Part shown: in pieces, positions 55,621-64,000 of the stretch
Layout of the letters: each line of letters opens with the position of its first letter
Numbering within the stretch: the stretch's first letter is position 1
Assembly (NCBI RefSeq): GCF_006345805.1
Contig: NC_043001.1
Span: forward strand, 124,186,001 to 124,250,000
Reading direction: 5' to 3'
DNA length: 64,000 bases
DNA from: Octopus sinensis
Taxonomy: Eukaryota
The notes under the pieces: generated by a model
Told to the model about the DNA's origin: nothing
What the model saw: only the letters and a program-made list of their open reading frames with translations
Databases searched by the model: none
Made by a program: the position numbers and the translations under genes

Positions 55621-55723
55621 TATGTTTCATAATACCATGAGTGTGTAGTTATACGTTCACTCGACATTGAACGAAGTCCAGTGTAAAGAGAAATTTTATA
55701 ATTATGGCCATCTTATATACTTT

Positions 55724-56063
55724 GAAGGCGCATGGCTCAGTGGTTAGAGCGTCGAGCTTACGATCGTGAGGTTGTGAGCTCGAATCCCGGACCGGGCTGC
55801 GTGTTGTGTTCTTGAGCAAGGCACTTTATTTCACGTTGCTCCAGTTCACTCAGCTGTAGAAATGAGTTGCGACGTCTCTGGTGCCAAGCTGTATCGACAT
55901 TTGTCTTTCCCTTGGATAACACTGGTGGCGTGGAGAGGGGAGGCTGGTATGCATGGGCGACTGCTGGTCTTCCATAAACAACCTCGCCCGGACTTGTGTC
56001 TAGGAGGGTAACTTTGTAGGTGCAATCCCATGGTCTGTGTCGTGACCGAAGGGGGTCTCTGAA
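55724..56063 (+). mobile_element. tRNA-derived SINE family C with CORE/Meta-like central block
   Basis: A box TGGCTCAGTGG, B box GAGCTCGAATCCC; TTGAGCAAGGCACTT...CAGCTGTAGAAATG; 10-bp TSD TATATACTTT. Confidence 0.9.
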
Positions 56064-56364
56064 TATATACTTTACACACACACACACACACACTTATGTA
56101 GACTTCTCAACAAAACTGGTCTCTGTCTCACGTTTATTCGGCCAAGCATTGGTTTCTAGGTTACGAGTTGGGATGTGTTCTCCGGCAATGCAATTCATTT
56201 CACGTTGGTCATTCATGACGTCTGAAATTATTACCAGTTAAGGGTTGTTTAGAAATCACACCGTTGATATTCATCTAGCTGAAGTGTGGGATGGTCTAGA
56301 CTCGAATGTCTATATTTCCATACCAAACACATTTGCAAATAATTTCAATTGTTTCTATACACAT

Positions 56365-56756
56365 GGAATGGAATGGAAGCACTCCGTCGGTTACGACGAT
56401 GAGGGTTCCGGTTGATCCGAATCAACGGAACAGCCTGCTCGTGAAATTAACGTGTAAGTGGCTGAGCACTCCACAGACACGTGCACCCTTAACGTAGTTC
56501 TCGGGGATATTCAGCGTGACACAGAGAGTGACAAGGCCGGCCCCTTGAAATACAGGTACAACAGAAACAGGAGTAAGAGTGAGAGAAATTTGTGGTGAAA
56601 GAGTACAGCAGGGATCACCACCATCCCCTGCCGGAGCCTCGTGGAGCTTTTAGGTGTTTTCGCTCAATAAACACTCACAACGCTCGGTCTGGGAATCGAA
56701 ACGGCGATCCTATGACCGCGAGTCCGCTGCCCTAACCACTGGGCCATTGCGCCTCC
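56365..56756 (-). mobile_element. SINE family A, full length
   Basis: Reverse complement of 1026-1410; (TTCCA)n tail; TSD TCTATACACAT/TCTATACCCAT. Confidence 0.92.
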
Positions 56757-57130
56757 TCTATACCCATACATACACACACACACACACACACCACACACAC
56801 ACACACATGTATGTGTGTGTGTGCGTGTGTGTATGTATGAATGTATGTATATATTTACGTAAATAAAAGATATCAAAGACGTGGTCGAGCACTACAGTAG
56901 ATTCAAAAGCTTATTGGTTGCATCTTACGTAGCATTATGAATATCTTGTAGCCGTCTGGTATACTTTGCAAGGGAGTAGTGGCTGTAGATTATGTACAGT
57001 AAGGAGAAAATCATTAATAGATTTGATGAGCTTGTGAGACGTTAAATATAAATAACGAAATACCTTCCTCTCTTATAAACCTTTACTCACATTAAGCATT
57101 TGTAATTAAGTCTTTCTACTTTATATTTAA

Positions 57131-57527
57131 CTAGCAGTATCGCCCGGCCTTGCTCGGGTTTGTAACGGAAATAACTATATAAGCATTTTTAGAGAGTTAT
57201 AGCCAAAAAATAGCAAAAAATGCATTAAAAATGGAAAACAAATTATGGTAAATTTTTTTTTAAATCGTTGACTCATCGTAGACATTTTTAGAGAGTTACT
57301 CCCCTTATATAATAGCGAAAAAAATGCATTAAAATGGAAAAAAATGATGGTAATTTTTTTTAAAATCGCAGACTCATCGTAGACGCGCGCTAATACCCAG
57401 AAGGGCTCGATATGAATCATGACTATAAGATACCAGGTTTTGGTTAAACTGCACCTCAAAATGTGGGAGTAGTTAGGAAACTAAATCGTAGGAGACAGAC
57501 ACACAACTTGACTTTTATATATAAAGA
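57131..57527 (-). mobile_element. Non-autonomous Helitron, copy 2
   Basis: Same TC...hairpin-CTAG ends and A|T site as 20344-20728. Confidence 0.88.
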
Positions 57528-57697
57528 TGTTAACTTAAGAAAATTCACTTTCGCTCGCTAGATAACTTATTAGTATATATACACACAGATTACACAAGAC
57601 ATTTTACCGTTAGAAGCCATAATTTCTGTCATATCCTATTTATTTGTAGTAACTGAAAATGTCATAAGGAGCATCACCTTAATTCGCCTTTGGGTCC

Positions 57698-58117
57698 TAC
57701 TCTCTTTTACTCTTTTACTCTTTTACTTGTTTCAGTCATTTTGACTGCGGCCATGCTGGAGCACCGCCTTTAGTCGAGCAAATCGACCCCGGGACTTATT
57801 CTTTGTAAGCCCAGTGCTTATTCTATCGGTCTCTTTTGCCGAACCGCTAAGTGACGGGGACGTAAACACACCAGCATCGGTTGTCAAGCAATGCTAGGGG
57901 GACAAACACAGACACACAAACGCACACGCATACACATATACATATATATATATACGACAGTCTTCTTTCAGTTTCCGTCTACCAAATCCACTCACAAAGC
58001 ACTGCTCGGCCCGGGGCTATAGCAGAAGACACTTGCCCAAGATGCCACGCAGTGGGACTGAACCCGGAACCATGTGGTTGGTAAGCAAGCTACTTACCAC
58101 ACAGCCACTCCTGCACC
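57698..58117 (-). mobile_element. SINE family B, full length
   Basis: Head TGGCTGTGTGG and GGTTCAGTCCC boxes, TTGGGCAAGTG block, internal (TA)/(TG) run, hairpin plus (AAAAGAGT)n tail. Confidence 0.9.
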
Positions 58118-58615
58118 TTTTCTATTTACTTTTCTATTTAACATTATTTAGCGTAATTATGATCTGCTCTGGTAGAACTTTCAACTAATTTTATTAATCA
58201 TTATACCAACCACTGAATACCACATTACTCCTGTATGTTACTCCTACGCGGCAATGTGGAGATTTGGCTGAGATTATATATTTCCCACACATTTCGTTCC
58301 TGACAGCTAACTCATTACTTCGGTTACTTTCCAAATTCCTCTGAGTGTCATGTAACATCCTAAATCCTACTATCTATATGTTTTCGTGTTTCGTTTTTCT
58401 ATATACCGATCTACCATAAACGTATGCATGCTTTTTTTGCTGCGTATGAATTAATGCGTCTATATAAGCTTTTACTAATTATATTTATCTATCCTGAGCA
58501 ATAAAAATACTAGCCTCCGACGCCCCGGCTGCCCATTATTTATGCCATTTATATCTTAATGAGATTATAATCCACTGCAGCCACTACAATATGACGCAAT
58601 ATTGACTTGTAAATA

Positions 58616-58915
58616 TCTATATATATAAAAGTGAAGTTGTGTGAGTGTCTGTCTCCTACGATTTAGATTCCTAACTACTGCCACATTTTGCGGGGTATTA
58701 GCGCGCGTCTACGATGAGTCTACGATTTTTAAAATGATTTACCATAATTTTTTTCCATTTTAAAGCATATTTTTAAATAAAGGGAAGTAACTCTATAAAA
58801 ATGTCTACGATGAGTCAACGATATAAAAAAAAATTACCATATTTTTTTTCCATTTTTAATGCATATTTTGCTGTTTTCCCTTACAAACCCGAGCAACGCC
58901 GGGCGATACTGCTAG
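58616..58915 (+). mobile_element. Non-autonomous Helitron, copy 3 (internal deletions)
   Basis: A|TCTATATATATAAAAG ... CCCGAGCAACGCCGGGCGATACTGCTAG|T. Confidence 0.88.
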
Positions 58916-59394
58916 TTTAATATACTTGGCAGTACGTTATGGATGCTGACGAAATTGTATCTTTGCTAATAAATTATAATTTGGGTATGCTCACACCGAA
59001 ATGAAACCACACTCCTATTTATATCGCTCAGGTAATCGGTGAATAGGGCACGTAAATCATTCTTTACCGATTTCAATCTGCACTCTCACATTTTTAATTC
59101 TTACTGCTAGCTCTGTTTTAGTTTACCATTCAGCATCACAGTGTCCTACTTTCAGCCTAAATAGTCGCATATTCATGATGAAAACGTACATCAGATAGCA
59201 AAAGACATTTGTAAAGTTACGTAAGAAGCACCCAATGGACTTTTAAAACAGCAGTGGTACTCGACGAACTCTTCCATCACTGATATTTACACATTTGATT
59301 ATCGCGATATAAGCAATGTTTGTTGCTTTAAAAAAGGAGTCGAAATAGTAGTTGTCATCGGAATTTTCTGTTAAATCTCAATTTATGGACAATA

Positions 59395-59848
59395 TACTCA
59401 TTTACTATTTTACTTGTTTCAGTCATTTGACTGCGGCCATGCTGGACCACCGCCTTTATAGTCGAGTAAATCGACCCCATGGCTTATTCTTTGTAAGCTT
59501 AGTACTTATTCTATCGGTCTCTTTACGACCCCCGTAAACACACCGATACTGGGGGGACAAACATACACACAGACACACACACATACATACATACCTGCAA
59601 TATATGGCTAATATAGGTTAAATGAGACATACATATCTGCATGGCCGAAACAGCTGTCAGTTATAATGTATATGTATTTTTATATCTTGTTATTTTATTT
59701 AGTTATTTCTCATTATATTGATTGTAATTATTGTACTGTATTAATGTCTAATCTTAATGCTCTTGTGTAGTGTTTTAATAAAGTATATGATTCGGTATTA
59801 TCTGATAGTTGATGAATGATTTAGATATATTTCTCCATTTTCTTATTT

Positions 59849-59884
<36 letters not shown>

Positions 59885-60157
59885 GGCCTGCTCGCTTAGC
59901 CAGTGTGGTGGCGTAATTTGAAGGCTAAAACAATGCGAAGCGCATTGTGACCAGCGATGTGTAGCAACATCTGATAGCCTGGTTGGTCACATGATATATA
60001 TATATATATGACGAGCTTTTTCCTGTTTCCGTCTACCAAATCCACTCACAAGGCTTTGGTCGACCCGAGGCTATAGTAGAAGACACTTGTCCAAGGTGCC
60101 ACGCAGTGGGACTGAACCCGGGACCAGGTGGTTGGTAAGCAAGCCACTGCTGCGCCT
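59395..60157 (-). mobile_element. SINE family B split by nested insertions
   Basis: Tail half 59395-59593 and head half 60009-60157 separated by ~415 bp at the internal microsatellite. Confidence 0.82.
59885..59994. repeat. Short structured interspersed repeat in (TA)n, copy 2
   Basis: Homologous to 38335-38451. Confidence 0.8.
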
Positions 60158-60994
60158 ATATATATGCATTAATTAATAAAGTTTTTAGATCAGTTATCGA
60201 GTCATATCTGTATTTACATGCAGACAATATATAGTTCTCTATATATGCACTATATATATTAAAGGCAATCCAACTGCGTTTTACGACTGTCATTTGGTTG
60301 ACCCCACTGCATTATAAATACACACACACACACTCACACACAATAATAGAAATTGGGGATTAAAGAAATAACTCAGTACTTCATGCAAAAGTCTGGCTAA
60401 TAGAATGTCAAGTGCAGAAGATAGAAACCCTTGTGGGTGTAGATTCTATTTACTAACTTATCTGAATGGAGAACTCTTGATGTGTATAACTCTAATACTA
60501 TGCAGAATCACTTCCAACAGAATATATGCTTATTGGAAACTGTGAACATCTAACATAATGATTTTAAAGTATGTCAAAAATGTTTCAAGGCTCTCTTCGT
60601 GAATTAATTAATTACTCAATTGATAAATTATGCATATCACTGTTAGCGATAGAACAATTCCTGCAGCCGTCCTTAAAAATTAAGAAAACGAATTGGCTTA
60701 TTGTCCGGTGATAAGAAGATAGAAAGACAAGTCTTTCTGCCTAAACAGATGTTATCATTGCGACAATTGTGCAACATTATCTCCAGTAGTCATGGAGCTC
60801 ACGCTTATACAAAACTAGTAAACAGTACAGCACAATTATGGGTGTACGCAATTTGCACAGTTTAAGCAAGATTTGGCTCAGAGATATAAATCAGTGATCA
60901 GTGGCAAGAATATGAACAACATAAATACACATACATAAGTGTGTGTATATATATATATACGCATACATATATATATATATATGTATACGCATAC

Positions 60995-61046
<52 letters not shown>

Positions 61047-61050
61047 GATA

Positions 61051-61101
<51 letters not shown>

Positions 61102-61144
61102 GTGTATGTATATATGTATGTATGTATGTATGTATGTAAATGTA

Positions 61145-61290
61145 AAGGTTCCTGGCTCAGTGGTTAGAGCGTGGGGTTTACAATCATAACATAGTGAAGA
61201 CGATTCCTAGACCGGGTTGTGTTGTGATCTTGAGCGTGACACTTTATTCCACGTTGCTTGTGCACGAGAAGGGACCTTTCTAGGTCATTC
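61145..61290 (+). mobile_element. SINE family C, deleted copy
   Basis: TGGCTCAGTGGTTAGAGCGT head and CACTTTATTCCACGTTGC block; another decayed copy near 37205-37340. Confidence 0.7.
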
Positions 61291-61357
61291 AAGGGAGGGA
61301 GCAAATTAAAGTTAGTGTAGAGACGAAGACTGACTTGCTAATGCTATACATAAGAAG

Positions 61358-61742
61358 GTGGAGGCGCAATGGCCCAGTGGTTAGGGCAGCGGACTCGCGG
61401 TCGTAGGATCGCGGTTTCGATTCCCAGACCGGGCGTTGTGAGTGTTTATTGAGCGAAAACACCTAAAGCTCCACGAGGCTCCGGCAGGGGATGGTGGTGA
61501 TCCCTGCTGTACTCTTTCACCACAACTTTCTCTCACTCTAACTTCCTGTTTCTGTTGTAACTGTATTTCAAAGGGCCGGCCTTGTCACTCTCTGTGTCAC
61601 GCTGAATATCCCCGAGAACTACGTTAAGGGTACACGTGTCTGTGGATTGCTCAGCCACTTACACGTTAATTTCACGAGCAGGCTGTTCCGTTGATCGGAT
61701 CAACCGGAACCCTCGTCGTCGTAACCGACGGAGTGCTTCCAA
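61358..61742 (+). mobile_element. SINE family A, full length
   Basis: Near-identical to 1026-1410; 12-bp TSD ATACATAAGAAG. Confidence 0.92.
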
Positions 61743-62116
61743 ATACATAAGAAGCTATCTTTTATAACGCAAGACAGTATTCAGATATAAATAAAGAAAT
61801 ACGATTTATTTCCAAATCAGAGTGAAAGGCAAAGTAGACAGTAAGAGAATCGAAAAGTAGAAACAATATTATTTTTATTTACTCCTGTATTATAAATTTA
61901 AGACATTTCCTTTACATTTTATTTTGTAGTTTTGTTTTACGTGTTTTAGTCGATAGTACAATTTTAGGTGATTTCAAACGTTCCGGTGATTGCTTTGGCA
62001 TTGACGGTTAAATGGAATAATTTAAAAGTAATGATTTGCCTCGGGAAATACTCCATCATCGTTTTTAAAATCCGTCGCAGAAACACCGGTACGATAAGCA
62101 TATGAATTTAATGAAA

Positions 62117-62510
62117 TCTATATATATAAAACTGTAGTTGTGTGAGTGTCTGTCCCCTTCGATTTAGATTCCTAACTACTCCCTCATTTTGTGGTGCAGT
62201 TTAACCAAAACCGGGTATCTTGTAGTCGTGATTCATATCGAGCCCTTCTGGGTATTAGCGCGAGTCTACGATGAGTCTACGATTTTAAAAATAATTTATC
62301 ATCATTTTTTTCCATTTTCATGCATATTATTTTAAAGGGAAGTAACTCTCTAAAAATGTCTACGATGAGTCAACGATTTAAAAAAAAAATTACCATAATT
62401 TGTTTTCCATTTTTAATGCATTTTTTTGCTATTTTTTAGCTATAACTCTCTACAAATGCTGTATAGTTATTTCCCTTACAAACCCGAGCAACGCCGAGCG
62501 ATACTGCTAG
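62117..62510 (+). mobile_element. Non-autonomous Helitron, copy 4
   Basis: A|TC start, hairpin-CTAG|T end. Confidence 0.88.
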
Positions 62511-64000
62511 TTATACATAAGCATCCATGACACACACACACACACACACACACTTATTGACAGAAAAGTTATGAAGTGGCAAAGGGTTGAGTGTTTCGTA
62601 CAACGCACTTGCCATACATGGATCTTACATGTCTCATTGTATGTGTGTCGCAGAGGAAGGTCATAAAATCAAGTGTGTGAATTACTTCTTTTCAAGTTGA
62701 GCCTCCCCATAAACAAATCTGCGGCATTAACGCTTTCCTCTATGATGACGACAAAGATACATACATATGTATATGTATACGTGAATGTCGAACGATGAAA
62801 TGAGTGCTCAACTCCGCATTGGTGGATATATAATTTCTATATTTGTGAATTAAAGCTACCGTTGGTTTCGTGTTAAGAAAGCAGGAAAATATCCTAGTGT
62901 CATAACAATTTTTCAAACCGAACCCATGGAGAAAGATGTTCGCCTCCATTTTGGAAAATAATCTCCCTTCGTAAATTCGCGTAAATATAACAATGAACCA
63001 ATGTTGTATTGCTTCATTAATTCATTGATTCAGAACAAAATTACATGGAGTTCAAAAAATATCGAAATCTAAGGGGAGGTCGTATGGTGTTTTAGGTCTG
63101 ACAGTTGTTTCTGGAGGCTTGGAATTACATAATAGTTGAAATGTTGGCAGACAAAATGTGAAAAATGTTAAGGATGTGTAACCAATAGTGGATGCATATA
63201 AACACTGCCGTAAAGCTAGCCTCCGTCTTCAGGATGGTAAAATTGGCATCTAGCAGTTCAGGCCGTAATGCTAGAAAATTTAAGTTGGCGGCTCAGTGGG
63301 AAGGGGAGTGTCGGAGCAGAGGAAGTCAAGAAGAGAGAGAAGAAGCTGAGCAGGGAGAGGGAGGGGTGAGTGACCAAGAGATAAAGAGAAGTAGAAGTGG
63401 AAGTGGTGAGTGGAGAGATATAAGGGAAGGGATGGGATGGGTAGTGTTGTTAGAGGTGACATCATTGTGCGGGGTGATGATAGCAGTTGTTATAAATTAG
63501 AGATAATGAGTCATGATTCAAGACGGCTATAGAACTTAGAAGGGGAAATGGGTACGATGAAAGAATGGAGGGGCAAGTACTGAATTGAAGGGAAGGGAGG
63601 ACATTAAAATAAAGGGAAGGGAACTTGTTACAATTTCGGCTAGGTAGGGGGTGCCAAAATTTGAAGAATGAATAGGGATTGGCAGCAGAGGAAGAATACT
63701 GTACATAAGCATGCTTCCTCTATCAAATGGACGTACCAGGTCAAGTACAGGGTGTACCACACGACAGGTGTCGAAGGAATCGTAGAGGAACGTGAGATGA
63801 AGTATTTTACTAAAGTATATTATACTAAAGAACACAACGCACCGCCCGGTCCAGGAACAGAGACCATGGTCTCATATAGATATGAGGGGAAGGGATCTAG
63901 TTATAGAGGCCGATAGGGAGGGAATGCAGAAATTCAAAAAATGAATGGCGGCTGGCAGCAGAGGGAAAATACTGAAGTAGGAAGAAAGGTATGATAGTAA

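Overview
AT-rich, microsatellite-saturated eukaryotic non-coding DNA with no recognisable host protein-coding exon, rRNA or tRNA. The repeat content is most consistent with an octopus/coleoid cephalopod genome (inferred from repeat style, not searched). It holds two Penelope-like elements (RT + GIY-YIG; about 16.4-18.0 kb and 28.7-31.8 kb, minus strand), R4/Dong-type, CR1-type and RTE-type LINE fragments, four to five decayed mariners, four copies of one non-autonomous Helitron, at least four SINE families (several with target-site duplications) and a 1.35-kb A/T-tract satellite with a 210-bp higher-order repeat. The main hidden signal is about a dozen minimal type-I hammerhead ribozyme motifs, intact to decayed and from several unrelated sequence families. 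They lie at the 3' ends of both Penelope elements and in ORF-less, often palindromic inserts within (TA)n/(ATT)n tracts. Variants include U3-A8 covariant cores, palindromic stem III and very long stem-II insertions. Most ORFs in the supplied track are microsatellite artefacts.
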